Source: Callorhinchus milii
Lineage: Eukaryota
NCBI RefSeq assembly: GCF_018977255.1
Contig: NW_024704743.1
Location: forward strand, 108,750,001 to 108,814,000
DNA length: 64,000 nt
Direction of reading: 5' to 3'
Shown: in pieces, positions 13,851 through 28,559 of the stretch
Layout of the letters: each line of letters starts with the position of its first letter
Numbering within the stretch: the stretch's first letter is position 1
The notes under the pieces: model-generated
Seen by the model: the letters and a program-made list of their open reading frames with translations, nothing else
What the model was told of the DNA's origin: nothing
Database searches by the model: none
Program-made: the position numbers and the translations under genes

Positions 13851-16368
13851 ATTACGGATAAAATAATAATGCTTGAAAGTGTACAGTGTCGAAACATTTC
13901 AAAGCGCTTCACAGGATATATAAGAATTAGAAATTAAAGTGGCCCTGACCCACCACTTACTATGAAAGATTCATGGCCTTACCCAATACCCAGTGCACAT
14001 TCTTCCACAATCACTGCTTTTGTGCCCAAACAGCAGAGAGCCTCACTGCCACAGGGAAAATGGACAAACGTCAGTTTTTCATCCCTCTAAGGTGAGAAAC
14101 TCTACTTCCACGAAGTGCCCCTTTCAGTCACCCAGCCAAGTACTGACAGACTTCATTACATGTGGCTGGTGGATTTCAGAGTCAGGCAGTGCCTGAGGCT
14201 TAGCCCTGTGAGCAAAAGGATATGAAGCAAAAAATGCAACCTTCTCATTCGCAAAACATGCAACTTTCAGATTCACTGTGTGTCAAGGTATTCTACCTGG
14301 ATGTACAGCATGTAATCCTGACAATAAAAAGTTGTGGTTTAAAACACAATGTAATAGTTTGCTTTAACACTACATGGTCAATCACTTTATTAAAGAAAAA
14401 TAACTACACTTTTCTTTATTTGGCAGTTTTTTGGGGACATTAAAGATTCCTGCAAAAAACAGTGGAACGTCTTTGCTTCTTAGCCTAAAGAATCAAGAGA
14501 AAATGTTTGTCAAATCAATGTCCACAGGGGGTGTTTGAAAGCCACACTTCCGAACATGAGTGAAGATGCATGACTGTCAGGCAATCAATACTGAGACGGG
14601 CAAGGAAAGAAAAGGAAAAACTGGGATCAAAGCAGTCACCCATTCACTTTCACTATTAACTCTCTGAATGCTGAACTTGTCACTTCCTATCCCATAACTC
14701 AAAATCAACTTTGAACCCAGAACACTAAAATTGCCACTCACTAAAAATAGAAGATGTTTTGGAGAAGTCAAAGAATTGCTTGTTGTCTAGAAAGAACACA
14801 AGGGCATTTCTCTATTTGGCACTTTTAAACTTCGAAAACTACAAAGAATATTAATTTTGACAGTCTGATCGAATTTGACCAGGAAGGAATGTTTTTTTCA
14901 AAATTAAGTGTGAAAAATATGACCACTGTAATCATCAATATACTTTTTGTTACCATTTTATATTCTTGCTCAATACATTTAAGCAAATAATAATAATTCT
15001 TGCATCTGATATAACACCTTTCCAGCCAGGAGAATGTCTTGAGTACTTCACAGGATTTAGTGCGACTGTAAATGCAAGTGCAGTGATTGGGTAATTGTAG
15101 GCAAACAGAGCAGTCAATTTGTGCCGAGCAACATCCCACAAACAGTTATGAAGTGAACGACCAATTTTATCTGGAGGATTTTTTGGGAGAAACTCCACTC
15201 TCTTTTCAAACAATGCCATGAGATCTTTAACATCTACCTGAACGGGCAGAAGGAACCTCAGTTTAATGTCTCAGCTGAAGGACGATACCTTCAATAAGAT
15301 CGCGCTCATTCAGCACTATATTGGACTGTCAGGCTAGAATATGGTTAAAAGTCCCAATGTGGGGCTTGATCCTCAGTCTTCTGACTCAGGGGCCAGAGTG
15401 CTACCAACTGAATCCGATTGACAACTGGATTATTGCTACCAATTCAACTGTGAGATAGTTTTCATTTTCCCAGTCCCACAATGTATCAATGACTTACAGA
15501 AATCATGTGTTCTTTACTGCACTTTCATGGAAAGTGTTCTACATGATCATTTAATTTTAAACAAACATATTTTGTTTTATTTTGAAGGTAAATATCAGAT
15601 TATTCACTTTTCATTCTGCTCATTAGAGACTATAAACCATGTGTATGTTTTCTGAAACTGTAATAAAAATGTAAACTTATATGGTTGAAGCAGAAAGCAT
15701 CAACATATGGATGTAAGAGGAAACCTGATTATGTATGATGGAGATGAGAATAGACGGGTATAAGAAAGGGGATTAAGAGGAATGAAAGCATATGTGGAGC
15801 ATATACCAGCATGGACAAATTACAACAATACAATACAAATTTACATTTTTATAGCACCTTTCATATTGGGAGGATGTCCCAACACTTTGAGTATCTAGGG
15901 TTTCCTGGGGATGAGGAGGAAAGATAACTGAAGGTGGGCAAAAGAAGAAGGTGGAGGCGGACCTTGAAGGAGGCAGGGGACGGGGTGAGTCTGGGATGGA
16001 GTTCCATAGATACGCTGAAAGCCCGATTAGTGATGGTGGGGCGGGGGACGTGATGTAGGCAGTCTGCTGAGCCAAGGGAGCAGCCAGGTTGGTGGGGTAG
16101 AGTTGTGCCGAATGGCCCACTTCACTGCTGTAACAGCCTATGTAATGCAGTCTGTGTAATTTAAAAAAAACTTAATACTACCATGTGAATTGTGTGAGAT
16201 AGCAGGTCATGACTTCATTTATAACTCATAAGCTCTATCTGGTTATGAACTTAATAACAGTGGATTGTTCTGCATTTCAGGCATCAAGTTGCAGATGATA
16301 ATGATGATAATAAAATGGTGGAATAGGCTAGACAGACTGAATGGTCTACTCCTGTTCCCATCTTCTTA

Positions 16369-16727
16369 TAATAATAATCCTCGCATTTGATATATCGCCT
16401 TATCACGTCTTTGAGACGTCTCAAAGCGCTTCACAGAATATACCGTAAAGTGAATTGACTGTATTTTGTTGGCAAAACACAGCAGCCAATTGGGCACAGC
16501 TGTGTTCCACAAACAGTAGTGGATTGAGTAACCAATTTATTATTTTTTTAAGGAATTATTACTCCTGGAAAAGTAATCGACTAATTGACTAACAACCAGG
16601 TTCCAACTTACTGCTAGGTAAACAGAGGTATGTGGAGTAAGGAAACTTGCCCAACGTTTCGCCCTGCCGGGAATCGAATCCAGGTCTCTCTCTTGCAAGG
16701 TGAGTGCTCTAACCACTGAGCTACAGG
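16369..16727 (-). mobile_element. tRNA-derived SINE, long variant (others at ~19250-19500 +, 27346-27720 -, 58226-58512 -)
   Basis: Same head and tail as the short variant plus an internal segment of about 65 nt. Confidence 0.85.
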
Positions 16728-17194
16728 TATGTCCTTATCTTTGGGTTGAAAAAAAAACAGATCAAGTTTATGTTAAAAACTTAACTTGAGAGATGCATTA
16801 TGCATGAGGGAGAAGAGAATAGACGGGCATAGGAAAGGGGATTAAGAGGGATGGAGGCATATACAACAACAACAACTTGGATTTATATAGCGCCCTCCAC
16901 GCTGGACGGCGTCTCAGACCGCTTCACAGTAACGGATCCCGGGGCCGAGCCAGGGGGAGAGGAGGAAGGTGGCCAAAGGAGCAATCGAAAAGAAAGATCT
17001 TCAGCCAAGACCTGAAAGTGGGAAGAGAGGGGGCGAGGCGAAGGGAGTGAGGAAACTTGCCCAACGTTTGCCCTGCTGGGAATCAAATCCAGGTCTCTTA
17101 CTTGCCAGGTGAGTGCTCCAACCACTGAGCTACAGGTATGTTCTTATCTTCGGGTTAAAAAAAGAGATCAGGCATACGTTAAAAAATTAAAGCA

Positions 17195-17785
17195 TATGTG
17201 GAGAATACGCCGGCAAGGTTTATCACATCGCGCTTGGATTACTCAAACGCACTACTTGCCGGTCTCCCCAGCTCCATCATTCAAAAGATCCAGCTCATTC
17301 AGAACTCTGCTGCCTGCAAATTGACCCAGACCAAACTCCGTACCCACATCTCACTAGTTCTGGCCAGGCTCCACTGGTTCCCCATCGTCAAACGGATCGA
17401 CTTCAAGATCCTCACACTCGTGTTCAAATTCATTCACTCCACGACACCTTCCTATTTTTCCGAACTCCTCCCTCCCCAATCTGCCACCTTGGGCCTCTGC
17501 TCGACTGGCACCGGCCTCCTGCTCGTTCCTCACACCCTCCACCCCACCATTGGAGGTCGCAGTTCCAGCCACTATGCCCTAAAATTCTGGAACACTCTCC
17601 CTCAATCCCTCCGCATTGCCCACTCTCTCCCCTTTTTCAAGTCCCGCCTTCCTCTTCGACCGTGCTTACGGCCACCTCCCCCCACCCAACCCCCCCGGCT
17701 CAGAGTCAGGCTCCACCACCGTTAAGTGCTCTGAGATGCTACGCCGCATGGAGGGCTATATATAAGTGTAAGTTGTTTTTGTTGT
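17195..17785 (+). mobile_element. L2 3' fragment
   Basis: FITSRLDYSNALL...LHWFPI...RIDFKIL, with a (TTG)-like tail. Confidence 0.85.
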
Positions 17786-20700
17786 ATGTATGAACTTATT
17801 AAACACTGGGGACAGTTGAGCTACTATACGTAATGCTAATTCAGTCATTGGGATCTATTTTGCAAGTTGTGTCAATCAGTGCAGAGGAAAATCATAATTT
17901 ATTAATTATGTCACTTATAACCATTCAATCTAATCCTTTTCATTGGTTGTTAATGCCGTGTGTTTGCATGGTTTATTGTAACAATGTTTACACAACTTGT
18001 ATAGTACAAGTCGCTCATGTAAGAAGCTCAAACAAGGACACTGCTGTTCACTGCAATCATACTAGGGGGAGTTTAATTTGTAAACTGGTATAAGAGCACT
18101 AAGCATAAACTGCTAGATTCATCAAGAGCTTGGAATTTGACAATATTTTAACTGAACTGCAATTCTGAATAAGAAAAATTTGGAGTCATTCAGATGTCTA
18201 ACACACATGGAAATCTACCATCAGGTTAAGAGTTCAATTGGGTGTTGCCTACACAGGGAAGGAAATTCTAGTGTTAAAGGGAATGCGCACTCTTTCCCCT
18301 CCCCACTCTCAGAGGCAATCGTCCTGCTCATCTAATCCCAGAGAGTGTTAGACCCCTCCCAAGTATTATTCCTATTAAAGGAATGTAAATCTCTACAAGC
18401 TTTTTTAAAATATCTTTTTACAATAGAGTTCCCTTCTTCTTCCCACAATGTCCAGCACTATCTGATGCAGATACTGATACAAATGACTGGAGTACAGCAG
18501 CAAAGACTGTTCTGGATTGAGTTTAATTGGGAACATGGAAACAATAATCTTTGCATTTGATGTAGACTCTTTCACATTGGGAGGATGCACTGGGGCTCTG
18601 GGGTATCAGCCTGGCTCAGTTGATAGCACTCTTACCTCGGATTCAAAATTATGCATGTCCCACATTGGGATTTAGAACTGTCAGTCTTGGCAGGTTTTCC
18701 CGTCCAGTGCAGGGGGAGTACCTCGGTGACGTCCTTTGGATGTCACTTTTACCCAAGGTCCTGTCTGCCTGTTCAGGTGAATGTCAAAGATCCCAACACA
18801 CTATTCAAAAAGGAGAAGACAGTTTTTCCTGGTTTCTTGGCCAAAGATCCCACAGATAAAACTGTTCATTCACTTCACAGTTGTTCAAGGGACATTGCTG
18901 TGCACAAATTAGCTGCCGTGTTCACCTACAAAATGTACAGTCACCAGATTTTACATAAATTCTGTGAAGAGCTTTGAGACATCCTCCCAATGTGAAAGAG
19001 TCTACATCAAATGCAAAGATTATTATTTCCCTTCAAAGACTCCTTGACCACCACAGTGACTCACATGAACGCACATGCATGCACCCACAGATGATGGTGG
19101 ATGGGGTGGGAGGGAGAAGACGACAGAATTACATAGTACTTTACAGAAGGGAAAACAGGCCATTCAGCAAAATCAGTTTGTGCCAGTGTTAAAGTTCCAC
19201 ACGAGCGTCCGACATTACATAGGGCTCAGCTCGAGCTACTGGTACAGGGAAGATCTATGTAAGTAGGAACCCGGTTGTTAATCAATTGGCGGATTGCTTT
19301 TCTGGGGATAATAATCCTTCAAAAAAAAAGAATTTGGTCACTCAATCCACGACTGTTGTGGGACACTGCTGAGCGAAATTGGTTGCCATGTTTCACCACA
19401 AATATACAGTCGATTCACTTTACTGTATATTATGTGAAGTACTTTGAGACGTCCCAATGATGCAAGAAGGTGCTATATTAAATGCAAAGGTTATCATTAA
19501 TATTATTTTTATTGATGTCAGGCTAATTTTTTTCAAAGGGAACTACCAGTTTCTAACCAGTGGACAGCAACTTAATTTAGATACGCCTCACTTCTTCAGG
19601 AGTGAAGTAAAAGAAAGAAAATAAAAGATTTCACATGCAAGGTGATGTAGATTTCTTCAAGAGGAATTCAAAAAAGGTGATTCATATTTCTCTGAAAGAG
19701 GGAGGGGGAAGTAAATTACCCATCTTTTCATTGCAAACACTGTTACAATCAATGGGATATTTACTTTGTAATCTGCAGTGCAAATGAAGGTCTGTGAGCT
19801 GAAAACACATGGACTGTGCTTGCCCTTTTTCATGTTTCCACTGCACCTCAAAAAAAATTGTCAGTGGCTTGTCAGAATCAATCAAAGAAGCCAGTTCTGC
19901 ATGCGTGCAATCCATAAGTTCAGACAGAATCATATTAAATCTCTGGTGCTGCACGTCAAGAGCCATACGTGAACAGATGTCTTTATTACAAAGGTACTGA
20001 GGATTGGGACAACTTTTTTAAAAAAAGTGAAATGGCTGAAAATATTATTGAAAAAAAGCAGAATTTTATTGCACAAAAATAGGGTCATTTTTAGGAGGCC
20101 TCAACTGTTCAATGCAACTTCAGGAAAGTTAATTTCACATCACAGGGAAGAGCAAAACCTTCATACAATTAAGGAAAAATATCTACACAACAACTGTTTC
20201 AGAGTTAGAAATAAAATGGTCTGACGGCACATTGAAGTACAACAAATAGAAAACCGTTCGCACTTGATGAGTTGGATGTGTATGTGTGTGTGGGGGGGGG
20301 GGAGGGGTGACAGATCTTATTGCAAAGATCCAAAATGTAATTTATCCAAGTGACAAAAGTTGTTTTCATTAGATGGGACAGATTGCTGCATGTCTGACTA
20401 TCTGTTTCATCACCCTTGTGGAGTGATTGAGCAATGATCATCTTTTAGGTTCACAAGGCTTCAAACTGCCTAAGATCCATGCTAATAAAAAGTCTTTCAC
20501 CAACAGAGGCCAAACAATTGAATTAAAGCTTTATTTATTGGCGCTAAATATCTTGCTCAGTTTTCAACCATACGGTCCATTTCACTTCATCAGCTCATCA
20601 CAATGGCTGTGAGGCTGGACAATCTGTCTTGTGTCTGTACTGGGTAAAGCTCCAACTGACCAGCATCAATTAAAGAACAAAAACGCACAAAAAACACCCA

Positions 20701-23700
20701 AACTCATTAAAATAAACTTTTAATGGGAAGACTTCACAATTGCAATTGAATTGAGGTGCTTTCTCTTCTTTTTTGCCAGCGTAAAGTGCATAATCAAGCC
20801 ATACATTCATTTGCTTTTTACCTTGTGCCTTCATGTGAATTTTAAACCTTAGGTTCCTCCCCACAGCCCTTTTAAACAATTGAAAAAGAACCACAAAAGA
20901 AATGTTGCATTTTTATTGAGCAGGATTATCAGTCCATTACTCCAGTTTTAAAGTGCGCTTCTGTGATCTTCCTGGCAACCAGATGTCCAAGCTCACTTCT
21001 ACATGGTCAACTTGTCACCACAAAGAAAGTGACTCACACAGCCCAGCCATCAACATATGGCACGGGCATCAAATGGAGCGGCTGCAGGAAAAAAAATGCT
21101 GCTTCTACAATATAAAACCAAGCCATCTACTGCTCCAGTATTACTCTGGATCTCGGGATGGCAGTCCATCTGCATAGGTCAGAACAATATCCCGAGCAGT
21201 GTAAAGACAATTCTTCACTAATATAAAAAATCTTTTTTTTAAAAAAGTCAATCTGGGGAATTTTTCATGTCAAGGGTACTAGCATCAAATGTTGTCCTGC
21301 ACTTGTGAAAAAAAATGTTCAAGGGACACCACCCTCACCATCTAGAATCAAATGTTCGACGGATCGTTTCCCATTGCTTGCAAACCCATCATCATCTCAC
21401 TTGCAAGTTGATGATTTTACAATGATATAAAGCGACCCGGCTATTTACTCAGTTCTCCATCCCCAAGTAGCACAAGTTAAAGAGCACTTTTTCATGATGA
21501 CAGAACACCTTTAACAAGGTGATTATTGCCCCACAAATAAGGAAGTTCTAATTTAGTGACACAATGTCACTTCACAGATACATTTTTCAACTGATGTACT
21601 GTGTAAAGTGACCAGAATGTATTTCCGGCTATAGCCTTTTATCGTCAAAAGGTATTGTCCTGCCAGCTCTCCACAGGCAATGAACTGATGTTGAGGCACT
21701 GGCCTGAACGAAGAGTGCCCCTTCTGGTGAAGTGGTGGACAAAGAGAGGTGAACTGTGATAACGATTTATAATCTCCAGGGAAGATTTTTGCAAGGAAAG
21801 CTGCTTGAAAATGCAAGTGAACAGAGGATTTAAATGGAAAGTTGTCATTTTAAAGAGAAGTTCAAAACCAGCAGTCCATTAACCCAGGGGACTGCTGGAG
21901 TATTTTTCACTAAAATAAATCAATATAATTTGAGAATTGCACTGAACTAAATGTCAAGCATTAGAAATTGACTGTTGTACAATACGTGGGACTATTGTTC
22001 TGCTTCTTTTATACTATCTATTTACACTTGTACATCTCATACTCCATCAAAAAGAAGATTCTGACGGCCTACAAGTACATGTTGTGTTGGATCTGTTCTA
22101 ACACCTGGAGCCAAACATATAAGTTGTCACCTTAAGAATATGACAACCCACCCACTCCATCTCCTAGAGATGAGTAATGTGCAGATATTAAAACAAACAG
22201 AACGCAACAGGATTCATTCATTCCCACAAAGACAGGATACGGTCGTCTGAAACCCCCACACACACACCTTCCGCATGGCACAGCAGCACAGAAATCATTG
22301 TATACCACAAATAATTTGTTCAGTCTGTATTCATCCCTGCCCCCCACGGCGTGATATTCCACATGATGACATTGGGGTACCATAGAAAGGCAAATGGGAC
22401 TGAAAACATTGCTCTTAAAGGATCAGACACAGACACAATGAGATTTCTTCTGTGCTGTAAATTTCTACAGTTCTATGATTCAGGTTTAATGTCCAATGTC
22501 TGTTAACAATTGTTGTCGCTGTCTAGGCTCCTAGGATAGGAATAGTGACCTGTGTAAGACACCGAAGGGATAGTGGCACCCACCAGGACTGGTTGGAGAG
22601 AGGCAGAGGAGAAAAATAGAGGAAACTCAAATACTTTGGTCATCTTGCATTATATTACCATATGGCCATCACCAGCTGGCTGTTAAATCAAATGAAAAAA
22701 GTTGCAAATTTTGAACAATCTCACACATACGGGTTTGTAATTGTCGTTTAAAATTATCATTTTTGAATTGTGTCGTAAACACCGCTTTCCAAAAACCTTC
22801 ACAGTTGCCAAAAGTGCTTCACATAAAAACATATAAATAGTAATAATCCTTGCATTTGGCCCAGTGCCTTTCATGTCAGGAGGATGTCTCAAAGTGCTTC
22901 ACCAGGATTCACCTTAAAGAGAAGTGACTGTATTTTGTAGGGGGACGTGGCAGCCAACTTGCACACAACAAGCTTACCATAAACGCTTTCATGTCATGAC
23001 ATTCAGGCCCTTGGAATCTATCCCAATCAGTTAAAAAGGAGAACAAATTTCTCCACAAACTAGGGTTCCTCCATTTATGCAATATTTCATAACACCCAAA
23101 ATTTGGCAAATTCTTAAATACGATGTAAATTGTGAAGCTGGTTTTCTATAAGTTTGGTTTAACAGGCTTCAGAGTTGAGACTGAATTCTGCCAAGTTCTG
23201 GATGCTCTGAAATGCTAAGAAAACAGATTAAATCTCAAACTCTGCCAATGTTCAGCGCAATGAACTCCCACCCCCTCCCTCCCTCCCCCACCCTCCTGCC
23301 CCCCCGCGTGAAAGGCACTGCATGAATCAAATTGTTGAAAATCTAGGGTAGAATTTCTCCCCCTGTATGTTCCGATGCACGATTTGCTGATGGGTCTGCT
23401 CATAACAATAGTGTTGAGCTTGAGAAAACTGCATAGTTTTATTGCTTTGGCCAGTGTGATGGCTAACAGCAGCAGACCCAGTGATTACATCACCACATCA
23501 GGTGAACTGCAGACCGCGAGTTTCACCACCGCTGCCAATGTAGTACACAATGTACTTTACTTAGTGTAAGAGGGTAATCCAATCAAAGGGGTTCACAAAA
23601 ACAAAGCCTCTTTTTGTTTTATGATGTGATCATCTGAACCTCAAAGATGGATTACAGCCATGTAATTTACTGAGGCTTATTGGATATTGTGTACGACACG

Positions 23701-26700
23701 TAGGATAAGATAAGTTGCTTTACCTTTTCATCGCATGCCTTTTTTGCATTCCCCTTAAACAGACTTTATCACAGTATTTTAAGTGATATCATTTACACGC
23801 CATTTAATCCAAGACTAATAGGAATAGCAGCAGTGATAACAGCAGCAAACAGAGGCAGCAAACAATGAGCAATGCCAATCAATATACATTGAAGGTTCAA
23901 AATCTTCAAATCGTCACACTAAAAATATCCCTTTCTGTGTATCTGTGGAACATTGTTATGTGCAAATTGGCTGCCACATTCACCCACGAAATACACAGTC
24001 ACAGCACTCTACAGTATATCCCGTGAGGCACTTTGAGATGTCTTGACAGGGTGCTGTATCAAATGGAAGGATTACTATTATTGACTTCTACATTTACATG
24101 TACTTTCTGAAGGTTAGTATATGACATGCTTATTAATTTTGTCAGTTAATACTAAACCTTTATTAAACTGCACCAGATCTTCCCATTAGATCCCCATTTT
24201 GTTTTATTGCTGCTTTGATATATTTAAAGATTACAACTATCTAAGGTGCTGAACCAGAATGCTAAAAGGGTTACAAAGTAGAGCCAACAATGGTCAGACT
24301 TTAAGGATTATTATGTAAACCTGCAGATAATTATTTCTTAATGCCTAAACATTAAATTGTTATTCTAAATACTGTATGTACTAGAAATCTTGGTGTTCTC
24401 TAGCTGAAGTTAATGTAATGTTTTATTCATTTAAAATATTAATTCTGTGAAAATATCAAGTATTTTAATACTAGAATTTTGCTATAAATGTCCTAGGTTG
24501 GAAATGTTGGTTTATTACTGACTCCAGTTGAGCTCTGGTGTAATATTATTATCTGGTGTATAACTTATGTTTGGCTTGTACAACTGAACTCTAAAAAGTA
24601 TATTTTGGAGAAAGGGACTGGTTTAATATCCAGGAGAGGAGAAAGAATCATTATCAAATTGATGACAAAAAGTCTCCTGACTAGTTGACTCTTGGGCATC
24701 TACAGAACCAGTCATGAATACTCAAACCATCTGTTTTGCTGGAAGTTTGTCAGCATGAACGTGGTCGGGCAGCTGCTTCAATGGGGAAGTCCTGAATGAT
24801 GGACTAGCTCTTTGTCTTCGAGCGTTTTTCTTGTATTCACGAATGCTGCCCCAGCACATTGTAGTGCAATGAAAATCAAACTATTGTTTGCACCAATGTT
24901 ATCAGTTTGAAAAGTGCAGGGTGACTTTATTGTCAACGCAAATGGATTTAGAACAGCTGTGAGCTGGCCAATAGGTAACACATTATGACTCGTTTGGAAG
25001 CCAGAGGGCTCTCTAAACTGTGTTGGATTTGAAATAGCTTACTGCAGACCATAGTCTGGTTTTAAAATAAGAACTCAAAATGATCTTTGAAATAAAGTAG
25101 AACTATAGGCAGTGAATCACACAAATAAAATACACATTGCTATTCGTTAATTTTTCCTTGAACGCCGTCTAACAGGGTCTCTAGCTTGTCAGAAGATTTA
25201 TCTTTTTGATATTGTCCCTAACCAGGGATTTTTCAACAGAAATTTGTGGGTTCTTTGAACATACCTAATCCTGTTCACGTTAGCCCAGCAACAATTTACG
25301 TATATCTATGCGCTGAATAATTTTCCAACTGCTTCTCAAGTGGGAGCCTCCCTGGTTGACAACTAGAGTTCTCGCTGAGTGTATTACTCAGCGCTTCATG
25401 AGATGCATTCTAATATTATCATACTGCATATAATTACTAGGAAAAATCGTGAGATCAGTATGCTGGGGATGGTATCCATTAAACAATTACTCTGAATATT
25501 TAGCCTGTTGATAGGAACTCAGAAAGCATATGTACTAAATGTGTAGTGCTTCTCCTCCCCCACCCCACCCCACACAGAACAAATGGACTATTGATAGATA
25601 AAGACAGATAAAGACAGTTTCAGAATACAACTGTGAAAGAATTATGAATTGTTTTCTTTGTTAGTTTGGGAGGTAATGGACTACATATAAATATAGATTA
25701 TTTTTGAGAATATATATATTGCATATATATGTATATATATAGTTTTAAGCCTACACATGAAATCAGTTTCATAGCCTTGCATCTCGCACTCCATTAATTA
25801 ATAACACTCTCATTGCACAACCTTACAGTTCACTAGCTTCTGTTCCGATCTTCCTCGGTGCACATGCATAAGCATGAACAAGAATACTTAATGGACTTAA
25901 ACTGATGTTGAGACTCTTCTTGTTTGTATTAACTGTTCTGAGAAAAACGCCTTCGTGTGTGAAAAAAAAGAACAAAAACTAAGTATTGTAAATGGGGCAA
26001 TTATTCTTGATTAATGATGTAGAAAACAGTCAGCTAAGAAATTAAGATTTTAGGTAAGTGACTAGAAAAATGAAACTCTAACAATTGTATCACGCCTGCT
26101 GATTAGACTGTAGTTGAAAATCTTTCTTGCTAAATATTTTCATTTTGATCACAACCCAAATTCCATACAATCCTCCTGTATTGTGAGCAGTAGCGTTAGA
26201 GTCATACCCTACCCTCTTTCAAGACCCATCTCAAGACATACCTCTTCGACCATACATTTGGTCATTTTTCCCCTTCCCAACCTCTTTAGCGCTCATTCCC
26301 AGCATGGGTTCCCAGCCCAGCCAGTAGTCTCAAACGCTTTGAGATATTCCCTCGATGTGAAAGCCACTATATAAATATAAATTGTGTTGCACTGTTTGCA
26401 TTTCATGGAATTACAAAGTAATACAGCACTGACACCAGCTATTCAGCCCAACAAGTCAATGCCAGTATGCCAGTCCGTGCCGTATTCAACACAACTCCCC
26501 ACTACTCCTATGTCCTGCACCTATAACCTTTATTCCCTTCTTCATCATGTTTGCCCAAGTTTGCTCCATTTCAATGTTAATCTATATTCCCCCTCCCCTT
26601 CTAACCAAATTTTGTGAAGCAATTCAAAGTAGTATTAATAATAACAATCCTTGTATATGAAACAACACCTTATCACAGTTCGAGTCTTCTCAAAGGACTT

Positions 26701-28559
26701 CACAAGATTTACTGCCTGCTTTTTTTGTCGGCAAACATTGCAGCCTATTTGCACGCAGCAATATCCCATGATGTGATGACCAATTTTATCCTACCTGAAG
26801 GTCACTATATAAAGGCAAGTTGTTGTTGTCATTAAGAGAGGGAGGGGGGTGGTATTTGTCATTCAAGGGAAAGTACATTGAAAACTCGGTGATAAATTTT
26901 CACTAATGTAATTTTGCTCTTAGTGCTGTGCACATTAACATATTGAACATTGCACGTGTCAGAAATCATTGGTTATTCTTTAGGAGTAATTGGTTTTTGG
27001 CATTTTGGATAATTAAATCTGGATTTACATTGAGTAAGACAGATAGACAGCCAAAATGTGTCCCTCTTCCTTACCTTAACCTCTCCCCAACTATACTACT
27101 TGGGAGAAATTACTTTCTGGAATTAGGGAAGCAGAGTGCATCCCTCCAGGGACAGAGTGCGCATTCCATTCCAGACACATGGCAATTTCCATGTGTAGGC
27201 GGCATACATGGGGTCATTTCATTGCCATTTGTGGAACATTGCTGGGTGTAAATTGGATGCCACATTTGCCTACAGAATCCAGAGTATTATGAATTCTGTA
27301 TACGTGTATATCTTTGAGATATCTTCCTAACATGGAAGATGCTATATAATAATAATAATCCTTGCATTTGATACAGAGCATTATCACATCTTCAAAGTAT
27401 CTTGAAGCACATCACAGAATATACTGTAAAGTGAATTGACTGTATATTTTGTTGGGGAAACTCAGCAACCAATTGAGCACAGCAGTGACGCACAAACAGT
27501 CGTGGATTGAAGTTACCAATTCATTATTTTTTCGGAAGGAATTATTATCCCCAGAAAAGTGATCCACCTATCAACTAACAATTGGGTTCCTACTAATTGC
27601 TAGGTAAACAGAGGCATGTGAAGTAAGCAAAGTTACCTAACGTTTCTCCCTGCGGGAATCAAAGCTTGTTCTCTCACTTGTAAGGTGAGTGCTGTAGCCA
27701 CTGAGATACAGGATGCCACATATCAAATGCAAGGATCATTAATAATTATTATTATTTTTAGAACTGTCTAGTTTTGATACTCGTAATCATAGTGATGGGT
27801 TATCACATGGTTAAGATCCACAACGTATCTAAAAAATTCAGGAGAATTTGACAAGTTGCTAAATTCAGTCTTAATTTTGAACTTGGTTTTCTGCAGTTCT
27901 AAAAAGAACTCACAATAAACAAGCTTGTGAGTTTATTAAGGCTGTTTTAAGAATTTGCCAAATTCTGGATGCTCTGAAAAGCTACATAACAGGAGTAAAT
28001 CTCCTTTACCATGGGTATTTCTTTACGGATTTTTTCCCCATATGCTCACACAGCTTCTAACATAATAGAATGTTATCATACTGTGGCAATGAAAAGCTGG
28101 GTTTTTTTCAATTTATCAGGTCTTTCACACATCTAACTAACAGCTGCTACCTCTTACCTTATATTGGTTGTTTGTGCACTTTGCTGTGCGTAAATCAGAT
28201 GCCACATTCACCTACAAATGTACAGTCACTACATCTTACAGCACAATCCTGTGAAGCACTTTGAGACATCTCAAAGACATGATAAGGCACTATTTCAAAT
28301 GCAAGGATTATTCTTATTATTATATGGTTTCACTCTTGGTCTCTCCTCCAACCTCAAATGGTACACTCACATATCCGACATTACCAAAGCTGCGTCCTAA
28401 AAGCTTTGTTTCCCTTCTAAATACTTAGAACAATAGAAAACTACAGCACAGAAGAAGGCCACTTGGCTAATCAGGTCTGTGATGGCTCTTTGAAAGAGCT
28501 ACCTATTCAGTCCCATTTACCTCCCCTTTTCCTCCCATATCCAACCACTGCAGCAGCAG

